From an uncultured cyanobacterium (lineage in GTDB: Bacteria > Cyanobacteriota > Cyanobacteriia > Leptolyngbyales > Leptolyngbyaceae): DNA of 64,000 bases. The notes beneath the pieces are model-generated. The model had not been told where the DNA came from and ran no database searches. It worked only from the letters and a program-made list of their open reading frames with translations. Shown one piece after another: positions 1-10,579 of the stretch. A program made the position numbers and the translations under genes. Location: the NCBI GenBank assembly GCA_963766075.1, contig CAVYAN010000063.1, forward strand, positions 1-64,000. Direction: 5' to 3'. The first letter of the stretch is position 1, and every line of letters begins with the position of its first letter.

Positions 1-1
1 G

Positions 2-658
2 TTGATCTTGACCGGGTGGGCTAACCTGCCGGATGCGGTGGAACTGGAGATCATTGGGGATTACGGAGCACGGGCCTTTGTCAATGCCCGGATTATCCGC
101 GCTGTGCCGATTGATGACGCCCAGGTGCGCTTGGCGATCGACTTTTATGACTTAACGAAAGCTCAGGCAGATGCCCTGTGTGTCGTAATCTACGCCGACG
201 TCCGCCAGTGGTACTCCCAAACCCGAGCGACTTCGGATGCGCCTTTCCAGTCTCTCCGATTTATTGCCGCCAGTTTGCTGCGATCGCTCAACGATCCCAA
301 ACCCGCCTCCACGGCAATTAAAGTGCGAAAGCATATTCGGGCCGATGCCCAACTGTACTGGGATAGCCAGTTCTATGCCGCCACAGCCACCGAAATTGGC
401 AGTCAAAGCTTGCGCCTCGAACTCAACCCACATCTCGCAGGAATGGATCAAATGCCGCACTCCAATGCTCTGGTCGGGCTACTGTTTAACCCGAGCGAAA
501 CGGCAGTTCCCGCTCAACGATTGCTTGCACAGGTCGAAACCGTGGAAACCCTGGATGACACCGCTGGCACCCGCCTGGTCGTTGAGCTCCAGTTTCCAGA
601 CAAGGCCATGGCACGGCAAGCAGCCCGCATCAAAACCCTAATTCAGCACTTGAATTAG
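2..658 (+). CDS. bcsA: C-terminal part of a cellulose synthase-like glycosyltransferase (tandem PilZ-like domains); 5' end outside window
   Basis: ORF open from the window edge; 'VVIYADVRQWYSQ' and 'KVRKHIR...ATATEIGSQSLRLEL' resemble the PilZ tail of cyanobacterial cellulose synthases. Confidence 0.65.
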   Translation: MILTGWANLPDAVELEIIGDYGARAFVNARIIRAVPIDDAQVRLAIDFYDLTKAQADALCVVIYADVRQWYSQTRATSDAPFQSLRFIAASLLRSLNDPKPASTAIKVRKHIRADAQLYWDSQFYAATATEIGSQSLRLELNPHLAGMDQMPHSNALVGLLFNPSETAVPAQRLLAQVETVETLDDTAGTRLVVELQFPDKAMARQAARIKTLIQHLN

Positions 659-662
659 CAAA

Positions 663-706
663 ACGAATTCCGCACAACGAATTCCGCACAACGAATTCCA
701 CACAAC
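663..706. repeat. 14-nt tandem repeat (acgaattccgcaca) x3
   Basis: Directly visible just after the stop codon at 658. Confidence 0.85.
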
Positions 707-922
707 AATGGAGAAAAATCCGGCCTCAGCCGCCGGGATTGCAGGGCTAGTCCAGAGCCTCTGCCCCGGCATGGCTTTAGCCATCGCCATACCGCCAACC
801 AATGCCTGGAAAGTTAACCAGAACTTATCCTAAAATTAACGAAACTGCTGAATAATCACTGCGGAAGTGTCACATGGGCACTGAGGCACTGAGGGGGTTT
901 ACCTGTAGTAAAAGTGAGGCAG

Positions 923-1029
923 AGTCGGGAGGATGGGAAATGATGCGGGCGGGGAGTGATTACAGCGTTTGGCATAATTAATTACCACCTACAAGTCAGG
1001 AGGATGAGAAACGATGCAGGCGGGGAGTG
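923..1029. repeat. Two 36-nt imperfect direct repeats (923-958, 994-1029) separated by 35 nt
   Basis: agtcgggaggatgggaaatgatgcgggcggggagtg vs agtcaggaggatgagaaacgatgcaggcggggagtg, 4 mismatches. Confidence 0.85.
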
Positions 1030-1183
1030 GCGAACAAAATCTGTGTTTCAACAAAAGATGAAACAGCTACAATGGCACCATTGGGCTATCTAAAACAGAT
1101 GAACTTGAAAAGATTAAGGGCATTCTTAGTTGTGTAAAGGTCGATCAAAGCCCTCTGGAAGTCAGTTATTTGGGGAGAAAAGT

Positions 1184-1951
1184 ATGCGTCAGTTTACCGT
1201 TGTGGCTATAGCCGGGGCGATCGCAGTAGCAATTTCGAGCTGCTCTAGTGAAGAGGCCAGTGTTGCCCCAAGTCCTAGCCCTTCTGCCAGCGCAGCAGCA
1301 ACAGCTCCAGATGCGGCATCCAAGGCTGCGGGGACCCAAAAATTCTCTACGCCGCTGGTTGCCCAAAAACCTGGCGCCGTGGGTACAGTGCCGGGATTGA
1401 TTCAATCGACAAATGGCGACGAACGGGCCAAGCAAGTTCAGACCGCCATCAATGCCACTAAGGCGGGCAAAGATCCCTTTACCGGACTACCGCCCTTGCT
1501 GCCTAAAATTAATATTACTGCCCGTAACCCAGTTCCGGTACCGTCCGCTCCCGCTACGAGTGGCCGGAGTACTTCTCCCAAGATTGGTTTCAAAGCCCCC
1601 ACGGTGCCACCCCGCGCCACATTGACACCAACAGCGCCCACGCCTCCTTCTACAACCTTGGCCAGTGCCGTGGAGGTTTCTGGGGTGGTCACGGTGAATG
1701 GGGTCACCCAGGCCATTATTAAAGCGCCCAACGAAGACACCAGCCGCTATGTGAGCGTCGGTCAACGCCTCTCGAATGGGCAAGTGCTTGTCAAGCGTAT
1801 CGATACCTTCCCCGGCTCAGATCCCGTCGTGATTCTGGAGCAAAACGGCGTGGAAGTAGCGCGAATCGTTGGCGATAAGCCCATTGCAGCATCGGGTGGC
1901 AATACCCCACAGGAAACCCTGCCACCGCCTACTAAGAAGCCCACCGTCTAG
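1184..1951 (+). CDS. Lipoprotein, PilP-like (type IV pilus alignment-complex candidate)
   Basis: GGGGAG SD before ATG 1184; lipobox AISSC; Pro/Ser-rich linker with GKDPF; C-terminal beta domain VEVSGVVTVNGVTQAIIKAPNEDTSRYVSVGQRLSNG. Confidence 0.6.
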   Translation: MRQFTVVAIAGAIAVAISSCSSEEASVAPSPSPSASAAATAPDAASKAAGTQKFSTPLVAQKPGAVGTVPGLIQSTNGDERAKQVQTAINATKAGKDPFTGLPPLLPKINITARNPVPVPSAPATSGRSTSPKIGFKAPTVPPRATLTPTAPTPPSTTLASAVEVSGVVTVNGVTQAIIKAPNEDTSRYVSVGQRLSNGQVLVKRIDTFPGSDPVVILEQNGVEVARIVGDKPIAASGGNTPQETLPPPTKKPTV

Positions 1952-2022
1952 TCCCTAGCTGCTGTATCTTTGGCTCCTGCTCTTTGGCTTACTATTTGAT
2001 CAGCCTATGTTTGGCAAAAACG

Positions 2023-2066
2023 TTGGCCATCATTTTTTGGATAGAAAACGATGGCCAATGCTTTTG
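2023..2066. terminator. Hairpin between convergent genes, probable bidirectional terminator
   Basis: ttggccatc (2023-2031) / gatggccaa (2050-2058) inverted repeat, A-rich upstream and T-rich downstream. Confidence 0.6.
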
Positions 2067-2088
2067 TTAGCGCTATTGGCGGCGGAGA

Positions 2089-2877
2089 TTAGCTGGGGCG
2101 ATCGCGCATTCGCTGAGCCATGCGCAGCATCTGTCCCGCTAGCATCGCCGCCCCAAAGCCATTGTCAATATTGACCACACCAACTCCAGCCGCACAGGAA
2201 TTGAGCATAGAGAGTAGAGCGGCAAGACCGTTAAAGCTGGCCCCATAGCCAATACTGGTGGGCACGGCAATGACTGGACAGTCGGCGAGTCCGGCAACGA
2301 CGCTGGGCAGCGCACCTTCCATGCCCGCAACCACGATCAATACATCGGCTTGAGCTATGGCATGGCGGTTATTCAGTAAGCGATGAATTCCAGCAACGCC
2401 CATGTCCCACAGACGATTGACCTGAAAGCCGCACAATTCAGCAGTGACAGCGGCTTCCTCAGCCACGGGCAGATCGGCAGTGCCAGCAGAGAGTAGACCA
2501 ATAAGGCCGGGAAACGGCGGGCGAGACGGCGGAGATGCAGGATGCAGGGCACAGATTTTTGCCAGGGCATAGTAGCGGAGGTCAGGAACCTTGCCTTTGA
2601 GTTGGATATAAACTTCCGGTTCAATACGCGTGGCCATGACGACATCCGTGCGATCGCGCATAACGTTCATGATTTGAGCAATTTGGTCAGGGGTTTTTCC
2701 CGGCCCCCAAATCACTTCAGGAAATCCAGTACGAATGGCGCGGTGGTGATCGATGTTCGCAAAATCATCGACGGGTTCATAGGTCAGATACTTGAGTTTA
2801 TCGAGGGCCAAGTCCGGACTGACTTGGCCCTGGGAAACGGCATGGAGCAGGGCGCGAATGGCTTCGGGTTGAGTCAC
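2089..2877 (-). CDS. larB: LarB / CpmA (PurE-like AIR carboxylase family; circadian phase modifier)
   Basis: DHHRAIRTGFPEVIWGPGKT, AGTADLPVAEEA, VVAGMEGALPSVVAGL, NIDNGFGAA motifs. Confidence 0.93.
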   Translation of the reverse strand: MTQPEAIRALLHAVSQGQVSPDLALDKLKYLTYEPVDDFANIDHHRAIRTGFPEVIWGPGKTPDQIAQIMNVMRDRTDVVMATRIEPEVYIQLKGKVPDLRYYALAKICALHPASPPSRPPFPGLIGLLSAGTADLPVAEEAAVTAELCGFQVNRLWDMGVAGIHRLLNNRHAIAQADVLIVVAGMEGALPSVVAGLADCPVIAVPTSIGYGASFNGLAALLSMLNSCAAGVGVVNIDNGFGAAMLAGQMLRMAQRMRDRPS

Positions 2878-3046
2878 TGGGCAAAAAATGAAGAGCTAGG
2901 TTGATTTTAACGTTGATCTACAGGCAGCCTGCGATACAGGCAGCCCGCAATACAGCAAAGCCCGCGATACAATCAGCTCGCAGGCTGGCACAGTCCCAAG
3001 ACGCAGACAACCCTTGCATCAAGGGAAATACCATGGCGGCTTGAGA

Positions 3047-4003
3047 TCAGAAATCAACCTTTGGCAGAGAGGCCCGGACTTGCGCCTCGGACAATCCCAA
3101 AATTTCACAGATCTGAGGCATCGTCATACCCGATGCGAAAAGGCTCTGGGCAGCCTGACGAAGTTGAGCTTGTGCCTGTTCTTTTTCGAGGCGTTCTTGT
3201 TCGGTGTCTGTCAGCAACCAGTTGCCAGCCTGATCGCACCAGCGCAGCCAATGGCCAGGAACATCTTCAAACTCTCCCTCCCAAATACTTAATCCAATTT
3301 CTAAGTCCGATAACCAGATGTGCGGAGAGGAACGCTGGAGTGGTTGCTCTTGGTAGCGTCCGCCCTCCAGCTTGAAATAACGCAACTGCTGGGTGTAACG
3401 GCTATACACAATGTAGTGGGGAACGCGCAGATAGTGCTCGTACACCGTAAACTTGCCCGGTGGCTTTGTCCGTTTCTGCGGTTGCGATACTGTTGTCCCG
3501 TTGGTCTGAGGATCAGCACCTGTCAGTGCCGACTCTTCCTGATGACCGCGATCGCGGTCAGGCACAGCACCAGACTCCGGGACGTTTGAGGTTAGGTTGT
3601 AGAACCGTCCTAAATCTTCTCGCTCTGTGCCTGGGGACAAAAATTCCACAATCACGTAGGGGGGCGCGCCTTCTTGCCAAATCACATAGCTACGCCGCAG
3701 ATCAACGCCTTCGTAAAGGCGGGGAACATCTAGGACAAGAAACCAATCAGGCCGTTTGTGCCACACGGGGTGCTTGACATCGTAGTACAGGTTGAGATCA
3801 GAGGCACTAAAGTAGTTGGCGCGGGAATAGTCTGTCAGTTGCAGGGTGCGACTCAGCAGTTGCGGCTGGAGATCGTGGAATTCATCGGGCAAACCGGGTT
3901 CCTCCGGATCTTCACTGGGTAGGTCGTACATTGTGGGCAGTACATCTTTGGCCGATCGCGGTGGATCGACTTGGGGAATAGTCGGGTAGGAAATGTCAGC
4001 CAT
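3047..4003 (-). CDS. Uma2 family PD-(D/E)xK endonuclease
   Basis: LPTMYDLPSEDPEEPGLPDEFH, KRPDWF, IVEFLSPGT, WLRWCDQAGNW; GGAGG SD before ATG 4003. Confidence 0.92.
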   Translation of the reverse strand: MADISYPTIPQVDPPRSAKDVLPTMYDLPSEDPEEPGLPDEFHDLQPQLLSRTLQLTDYSRANYFSASDLNLYYDVKHPVWHKRPDWFLVLDVPRLYEGVDLRRSYVIWQEGAPPYVIVEFLSPGTEREDLGRFYNLTSNVPESGAVPDRDRGHQEESALTGADPQTNGTTVSQPQKRTKPPGKFTVYEHYLRVPHYIVYSRYTQQLRYFKLEGGRYQEQPLQRSSPHIWLSDLEIGLSIWEGEFEDVPGHWLRWCDQAGNWLLTDTEQERLEKEQAQAQLRQAAQSLFASGMTMPQICEILGLSEAQVRASLPKVDF

Positions 4004-4032
4004 AACTACCTCCAATACGGATGAACGTGCGG

Positions 4033-4087
4033 CAATTTCCTTGCGTCAGTCAATTTCCTTGCGTCAGCCAATTTCCTTGCGTCAATT
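4033..4087. repeat. 18-nt tandem repeat (caatttccttgcgtcagt) x3
   Basis: Directly visible upstream of the Uma2 gene. Confidence 0.85.
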
Positions 4088-4180
4088 TTACTGCGCAAAC
4101 CTCTCCGGGAGAACGGTGCCGGCTTCGTGCCCTTGCTCAAGCCCAAAAAGCCCAAGTCCCAAAAGCCCATTAAAAGCCCA

Positions 4181-4837
4181 TTACCAAAAGTCCGTGATGT
4201 CGTGTCCCAGTTCCGCCAGCATGTGACGCAGCAGGGGGAGACTGAGCCCAATGACATTCGTATGGCAACCTTCAATCTGTTCAATAAAAGTCCCGCCCTT
4301 ACCCTCTAACGCAAAGCAGCCCGCACAGTAGAGGGGTTCGCCCGTGGCCACATAGGCAGCAATTTGGCGATCGCTGACGTTGGCAAAGTGCACCCGGGTG
4401 ACTTGACTGCGCAGCAGCGTGCGGAGAATCGCCGGCTGTGGGCTGGATGTTAGTAACGAAGGCGTAAGCTGGAGCAGGGCGTGGCCACTGTAGAGGTGCC
4501 CCACCTGGCCGCGCATTTGCTGCCAGCGGGCGATCGCCTCGGCTGGATCGGCGGGTTTACCGTGGATTTCACCGTGGATCGCTAAAACGGAATCACAGCC
4601 CAAGATCACGGTTGGATGGTCTACGCCTTGCTTCTGCAATGGCAGGGCGATCGCTTCGGCCTTTCGCAGGGCCAAGGTTTTGACCAGCAGACTGGGTTCC
4701 GCGCTCTGCACCTGAGACTCGTCAAAATCGCTGGGGCGGACAATTGGATCGATGCCCACGCCCTGGAGCAGGCGACGACGGGCTGGAGAGGCGGAGGCGA
4801 GAATGAAGGAAATCGGCATGGGAGAATCAACCATCAA
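4181..4837 (-). CDS. maf: Maf family nucleoside triphosphate pyrophosphatase
   Basis: [40 protein letters not shown]. Confidence 0.95.
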   Translation of the reverse strand: MMVDSPMPISFILASASPARRRLLQGVGIDPIVRPSDFDESQVQSAEPSLLVKTLALRKAEAIALPLQKQGVDHPTVILGCDSVLAIHGEIHGKPADPAEAIARWQQMRGQVGHLYSGHALLQLTPSLLTSSPQPAILRTLLRSQVTRVHFANVSDRQIAAYVATGEPLYCAGCFALEGKGGTFIEQIEGCHTNVIGLSLPLLRHMLAELGHDITDFW

Positions 4838-5376
4838 TAGACCGAGAAGGATTTGATGCTTTCCTCCAGAATGGCCTTCATTTTGCCCCAGCGCTCTTCC
4901 GAGGTGGAGGCGTTGAAGGTATACAGTTTGCCTCGGCTAATGGCCACACTGGCGATGTTGTGGCGCAGTCGATCGCCGATTTTGACCGCGTATTCCAACA
5001 GATAATAGGTTTTGTCGCCAATCTCGCGCGATTCCGCATTCACCAGCTCAGCGGTACGTCCGGATCCTTCCGGGGCGATCGCACTTTTGCCTAACTTATA
5101 GCCCACTTGCCCCGGATCGCCCAGATCCGCCAGGGTTTTCTGGCCAGAGACGGGGTTGATGACAACGCTGACATTTTCCGACTGATGAATAATGTCGTGG
5201 AAAACAGCATCGGCACCGCTGGACACACTGACTTGTACCCAGCCGTTGGGATAGAGGAACTGGTAGCCGTCAATGCTGTCCACAAAGCTCTTGAGTCCGG
5301 CAGCCGGGGTGACTGCACATCCAGAGACGCTTAAACTGAATACCATAAGTGCGATCGCCAAAATTCGTTTAAGCAT
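4834..5376 (-). CDS. psbP: Photosystem II PsbP (CyanoP) lipoprotein
   Basis: Lipobox [32 protein letters not shown]; overlaps the maf start. Confidence 0.93.
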   Translation of the reverse strand: MLKRILAIALMVFSLSVSGCAVTPAAGLKSFVDSIDGYQFLYPNGWVQVSVSSGADAVFHDIIHQSENVSVVINPVSGQKTLADLGDPGQVGYKLGKSAIAPEGSGRTAELVNAESREIGDKTYYLLEYAVKIGDRLRHNIASVAISRGKLYTFNASTSEERWGKMKAILEESIKSFSVY

Positions 5377-5568
5377 GAGTGTTCATTCCCCTCGGTTGCA
5401 ATGGGCATCAGTCCAGACCGGGTGTAGTCCAGAAATAATCTTCTCTATTTTCTCATCTCTGTGACAAATTGTTACTTGATACAGCGACTTGATAGGGCGT
5501 TTTAATCCGGCATTATTCCTTATTTCCCCATTCTTTATTTTCCCATTCCTTAATTTCCCCACTTTCCT

Positions 5569-5979
5569 ATGCTCCACGGTTTGCTTTGGTTCCCGCTATT
5601 GTTCTTTTTCATTTGGCTGGCGGGTGCCGGTTGGAACGAGTTTCAAAAACTAGAGACTTACAAAGTTTGGGCTGTGCACTATACACGGGCCAAGTATGAC
5701 ATTTATGCCGTGCTGGGCCAGCAGGGACGGGATCTAACCTGGGGCATTCCCACCCGCAAGGGGCCTGTGAATATGCAGACCTTTTCCCTAGATGGCATAC
5801 AAGCCATAAACCTCTGGGTAAACGGGGCATTGGTGGATTTGGCGGATCCACCGCGGCGTGGCAAAGCCGAGCTGGAGTTTGTTCCCAACAGTGGCCATGC
5901 TGGAATGCGCGTGCCCTTTACCGATCCAGAGTTAGCCGCTCGGTGGGGCCAGGTATTGCAAGCCGAGGTGCACCGTTGA
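5569..5979 (+). CDS. Hypothetical membrane-anchored protein of cyanobacterial type
   Basis: N-terminal TM (GLLWFPLLFFFIWLA) followed by KYDIYAVLG..LTWGIPTR. Confidence 0.8.
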   Translation: MLHGLLWFPLLFFFIWLAGAGWNEFQKLETYKVWAVHYTRAKYDIYAVLGQQGRDLTWGIPTRKGPVNMQTFSLDGIQAINLWVNGALVDLADPPRRGKAELEFVPNSGHAGMRVPFTDPELAARWGQVLQAEVHR

Positions 5980-6086
5980 ATTTATATGCCGCTGCGGCCC
6001 GGTTGGAGAAAAAGGGGGCAGAATGGAGAACATTCAGCGGCCCCGGTCAGAGACGAGCGGGATGGGCATAGGAGCAGCGGCAGGAT

Positions 6087-8414
6087 ATGCATGGACAGCG
6101 GTGGGGCAAGCAGTTCAAGTTTCCGAGATTACGGCTAATTTCACCCCGAGCGGGCTCAGGGCTGGTATTGGCGATCGCGGCCTCTGGCGTAGTGGGTTCC
6201 GCATGGCTGGCAACGCAATTGATTGTGAATCCCCAGTCGGTGGCTTGGCTAAACCGACTAGTGCCCAATTGGGTACCGCTGCCCGTCACCGGGCTCAAGC
6301 CACCGCAAACTCTGGCAGCCATTCGGGCTGAAATCACACAAGCGGGCCAGATGCCCGGGACACCCCTGTGGCTGAGTCCAGCAGCGGCTCGGACCACGGG
6401 GGGCAAACAGTCCGATATGCTGTTTCCCGTGTTGGAGCAAATGCCTAACTGTGCCGGAGACTGCGAGCAGATTGCGGAGTTGCGGATCTACCAGGCAGTG
6501 CCGGGACAGGGAAAGTCAGGGACAGAGCAATTTCAACTGATGGATCAAATGGCCGTGACAGGGCCAAGTGAAACAACGGTGATTTTGCCGTTGATGGAGG
6601 GAAAGGCAGCAAAGCCAGGGACGGTGCGATCGCTGCCGTTGCGCGCTGTCACTCGGTTTGAGGGGACGGGTTCCCTGCCTGGAGTCTGGCTGAATTTGGT
6701 GGGTTGGCTTGTGCGGGGCGATCGCACCATTGCCTACGGGCAGGTGGTGCATTTGAACCCTTACCCAATGCGCCTGACGCCCTTAGTGGAGTGGAGCAGT
6801 CCCCCAGGCACCGAACCTCAGTGGCAAGAGATCACGGGGGCAGGAGATCCCGAACTGATTGTGGATCAAACCCTGGGCCTAGAGCCAACGTTCAAAATCT
6901 ATCAGGTCACAGGCAGACCGGGCGATCGCTCCCTCTGGCCCAATGGCCAAACGCCACCGCCTAAACTCACGCCCATTTCCCTTGGGGTATCTGCGATTCA
7001 GCACCCCACCTACATCAACGCGCTCCTGCTAGCTCGCAGTGGGCTTTGGTCCCCAGCGTTGGCTCGGCTAGATCTGTTCAAACAGCAACGGACGGCCCCG
7101 TGGACAGCAGCGGCCCAAGCACAGCGGGATCTGATTCAGCGCCATGCTCAAGTAACCCAAGCGCAGGCGGCTCGGACTTGGGCCAGTGCCAACCAGCAGG
7201 TGCTGGTCAACCTTCTGGATGGACGCTGGGATGCCGCCCTGAAAATATTTCAGGAAAAGCCCGAAACCCGCCCCGACATCGCCGATTTGCTGCGTTCCGA
7301 TGCAGGTCAGATTCAAAACCGAGTGGATGCGGCGCTGAAGGTGACCCCCAATCAATTGGCGGCCAAGGCGTGGGGCGCATTGCTGGCTGCTGTCCAAAAA
7401 GGGGGCAAGGCCGGGGCGATCCTGTGGCTGCGCCAACAGCCACTCACCCCCGCTGCTGATATGAAAAAGATTCTGGCGGTGGTCAGTCGGCTCCACTCTG
7501 CTCCCGTTGGGGGCCAAACGGAACCCTTCCTAGGCAACGAGCAAGTGATTGGTTCGGCCCAGGCGATCGCTGAAATTAATCCCCAGGATTGGCTGACCCT
7601 GGCGATGAGTTCAGCCGGTAACTCGGCCCCATCCTTGAAACTGGAGGGCCAGCAGACGTGGTACCGGGTGCGGGTGTTCCGAATGTTTGACGGGAAACGG
7701 TGGCGATCGCCCCACGATCTGGGCCTCGACCTTGCCCCCCAGACCCTCCGGAAACGGCTGAGTTTTGCCACAGATGCCTTTTTACAAGTGGTACTGTGGG
7801 CCGCTGATGGCCAACCGCAAACGCTATCCGTCAACATTAAAGCCGTCCGCTGGGGGGGCAATGGGCTAGAATTTTTGGCGGCGGGGGATGCCTTTCCCCC
7901 GCAGAAAATGCCATCTGAACGAATGCCACGGGCTTTAGCATTTAGTGACGCGGCGGTGCAGTGGTTCACTCCCACCCCATCCACGTTGGCAGACCTCGTC
8001 CAACAGCAACCGACATGGGCCAAGCGTTCCCTGCCCATTCTGGTCCGTGAACTGAAGGCGATCGCGGCGCTGCCACCCGATACGGCACCGACGTGGACGG
8101 CGTTAAAAGCCTTGGGCCTAGGCAATTGGCCCGTGCAGCTCGCCCCCATTACTCACCCCACCCAGCCGGATGTAGTGCTAACCTGGGCTCCAGAATTGTT
8201 GTCCCCCGCCGCAGCCGCCGCGAGCAGGCCCCAAACGCTGATCTTCTCGGCAGCAGGCCAATTGCTATACAGCGAGATTTCAGAGGATGCGGGACAGTCC
8301 TATCGCGCGATCGCCACCCTGGGCAGCACTGGATCACTCGCCCTTGTCGTTGCCGCTGCCAACCATTACGAGCTGCTCCGCTGGTCGCCGAAAGAGCGGC
8401 GGTTCCGGGACTAA
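6087..8414 (+). CDS. Large hypothetical protein with N-terminal membrane anchor
   Basis: 775-aa ORF with TM near the N-terminus and a helical central region; true start may be downstream. Confidence 0.8.
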   Translation: MHGQRWGKQFKFPRLRLISPRAGSGLVLAIAASGVVGSAWLATQLIVNPQSVAWLNRLVPNWVPLPVTGLKPPQTLAAIRAEITQAGQMPGTPLWLSPAAARTTGGKQSDMLFPVLEQMPNCAGDCEQIAELRIYQAVPGQGKSGTEQFQLMDQMAVTGPSETTVILPLMEGKAAKPGTVRSLPLRAVTRFEGTGSLPGVWLNLVGWLVRGDRTIAYGQVVHLNPYPMRLTPLVEWSSPPGTEPQWQEITGAGDPELIVDQTLGLEPTFKIYQVTGRPGDRSLWPNGQTPPPKLTPISLGVSAIQHPTYINALLLARSGLWSPALARLDLFKQQRTAPWTAAAQAQRDLIQRHAQVTQAQAARTWASANQQVLVNLLDGRWDAALKIFQEKPETRPDIADLLRSDAGQIQNRVDAALKVTPNQLAAKAWGALLAAVQKGGKAGAILWLRQQPLTPAADMKKILAVVSRLHSAPVGGQTEPFLGNEQVIGSAQAIAEINPQDWLTLAMSSAGNSAPSLKLEGQQTWYRVRVFRMFDGKRWRSPHDLGLDLAPQTLRKRLSFATDAFLQVVLWAADGQPQTLSVNIKAVRWGGNGLEFLAAGDAFPPQKMPSERMPRALAFSDAAVQWFTPTPSTLADLVQQQPTWAKRSLPILVRELKAIAALPPDTAPTWTALKALGLGNWPVQLAPITHPTQPDVVLTWAPELLSPAAAAASRPQTLIFSAAGQLLYSEISEDAGQSYRAIATLGSTGSLALVVAAANHYELLRWSPKERRFRD

Positions 8415-8458
8415 GGTTTCGTACATAATCCGGTTCAGGGCAATCAGGTTCGAGACGA

Positions 8459-9770
8459 TCAGGTTCGGGGCAAGAGCTTGCGGGTGATGTATTTTCCCAC
8501 CAAAGGCGGCAGGGCAAAGAACATGCAGGTTTCATCGGCACTGCGCTCAATCAAGCAGCGGCGATCCAAAGAGGACAAGGCTTCGAGAAATTCCGCAAAG
8601 GAAATCTCCGATGCTAATTCCGCTTTTAGCGCTTCGAGGGGCAGGGGGATTGCCCGCTGTGCCAACGTGTAGAGCAGCGATCGCTCCACCGCCGACAAGC
8701 GCTGAACACTTTCAGCAATTACATGATCCACCAATTCTCGCCCCACCAACGTCCCGGTTTGCAACGCCTGTCGAATGCTGCCGTTAAAGAAATCCTGGAT
8801 CACCACCGCAACGATATTCAGGGCCAAGGGATTGCCCCGATAAAGCTGGATCAAGTCGGTGCGTGCTTCTGGCTCATCCCGCAGGTGCTTGTCCTGGAGA
8901 AGCGCATGGGCTGCATCTCCCAGTCCGGCCAGCTTCAGGGACTGTGTACAGGCACTGCGACTTTCCAGCAACGTCATGATTTCAGGTTTCTCGCGACTGG
9001 TGATGACAACACAACTGGCATGACGATGGGCACTCACACAGTGCAACAGTTTGCCATAGGACGCATATTCTGGGAGTAATTGTCCGGCCCGATCTCCCCC
9101 CAAGAGGGTTTCCCATCCGTCTAAAATAATCAGCGATCGTCGATGCTGGATCTGGTGCAGAAATACATCCAGCAGAGCTTCTATTTCGATACCTGCGCTG
9201 AGGCTGAATTCAGGATTTAATTCATGAAGTATTTCAGGCAAAAGTTTATCTAGCGCGGGAGCCGTTTGGAGCGATCTCCAGATCACGATCTGAAACTGGG
9301 ATTGCACCTGTTCTACCAGTTTTATAGCCAAAGCAGTTTTTCCGATGCCTCCCATGCCCCAGAGCGTCAGGAGTCGGCAGCGATCGAGGGTGACCGATTG
9401 GATGAGCGTGGCGAGTTCGGCAGTACGCCCATAAAACGTCGCCATATCGGGAAGTTGCATGAACACAGCGCGGGGAAAAGGCGCAGGAGAGGGAGGGCGA
9501 TCAACAACTTCTTCCCACGGGAGATCAAGAACGTAGCAAAATGCTTTGAAAGCGGGCGTGGCGACAGACTGTTTACCCATGAGGAAGCGTTTCCAGGTCG
9601 CTTCGGAAATACCCGGAGCGAACGGGCCGGATTCGTGCCATACCACTGTCGGGACCAAAACTTGACTGGCAGCCGTCAACCACTCGGGGATCATCAATGG
9701 TCCAGCCGCGTTCGATCCGCTGCTGTTTGATGCGGGTAAGTCCAGTGGGGGAAGCTTTAAGAGTGGCCAC
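8459..9770 (-). CDS. NB-ARC/STAND NTPase with N-terminal HTH-like domain; frameshifted near 9686
   Basis: FYGRTAEL, Walker A GMGGIGKT, LIILDGWE, VITSRE, GNPLAL. N-terminus MATLKASPTGLTRIKQQRIERGWTIDDP (start 9770) is in another frame and joins EWLTAASQ at a C4 run. Confidence 0.85.
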
Positions 9771-10071
9771 AGAATAGAGTCACGCAAGTAGAGACACAGG
9801 GTAAATCACATGTTTAACATCACGCAGGTTAACGTCACGCCATACAGGGGGCCTGAGGCCGAGACTGGCTCGAAATTGGTGGTCTCCCGACCATCGCGAC
9901 ATCCCACTATCACGCCATCCCGCTATCACAACATCCCACCGTTATCAGAAGGCTCCATTGTCAAGCTCAATTCTAGGTCACTTTTGGGAGCTTAGGACTG
10001 AGCCTCGGGTGAACTGGATCATCCACCAGGAATTCGGTTGAATGATTATGACAATTTACCGACATACCATC

Positions 10072-10548
10072 ATGGCCCAGAAAAACGACACGGCTACGCT
10101 AATGATGGCATTTTTTCTAACCACAACCCTGGTGGGCGGAGGCATTTGGGGATTGGGACAGCGTTGGCTGATGGACGGGGACCTTGGGCTTCTCGCCTCG
10201 ATCGCGGGTTCACCCAGCCCCACCCCACCCAGCCGAGTGAGCCTCGGCGAAACCATCTTAATTCTGGCCGATGCACCACCGGAGAAACAGGCTGGAGCCT
10301 CGGCCTATCGGGCAGGCCAGCACTCCACGGCGATCGCCCAATTCCAAGCCACCCTCCAAAAACACCGCAACGATCCAGAAACCCTGATCTATGCCCAGGC
10401 TCTGCACAGCAGTTCTTTTGCCGCTACGGGCGCAGGGGGTAAGATTGCATTCTCACCCACGGGCGATCGCGTCGGTGCACCCGTCCTGGTCCAGGTACAG
10501 TCGGGAGGGCCAACAGGCTACAACTTTGTGCCGATCCCGTCCCCTTAA
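10072..10548 (+). pseudogene. Internally deleted paralog of the adjacent LivJ-like substrate-binding protein
   Basis: N-terminus parallels the next gene up to NDPETLIY, then jumps in frame to a C-terminal-type segment (GAGGKIAFSPTGDR...GYNFVP). Confidence 0.7.
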
Positions 10549-10579
10549 CGCGGCTTCACCAATCTGCTGGAGACAAATC

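Noticed and set aside
923..1029. Calling the 36-35-36 pattern a CRISPR array
   Set aside because: Only two imperfect non-palindromic repeats, no GAAAC/GAAAG-type end and no cas genes; kept only as an unexplained repeat.
7352..8149. Long antisense or alternative-frame ORFs (also 35870-36565, 52005-52625 and others)
   Set aside because: Shadows of GC-rich genes on the opposite strand with no recognisable motifs.
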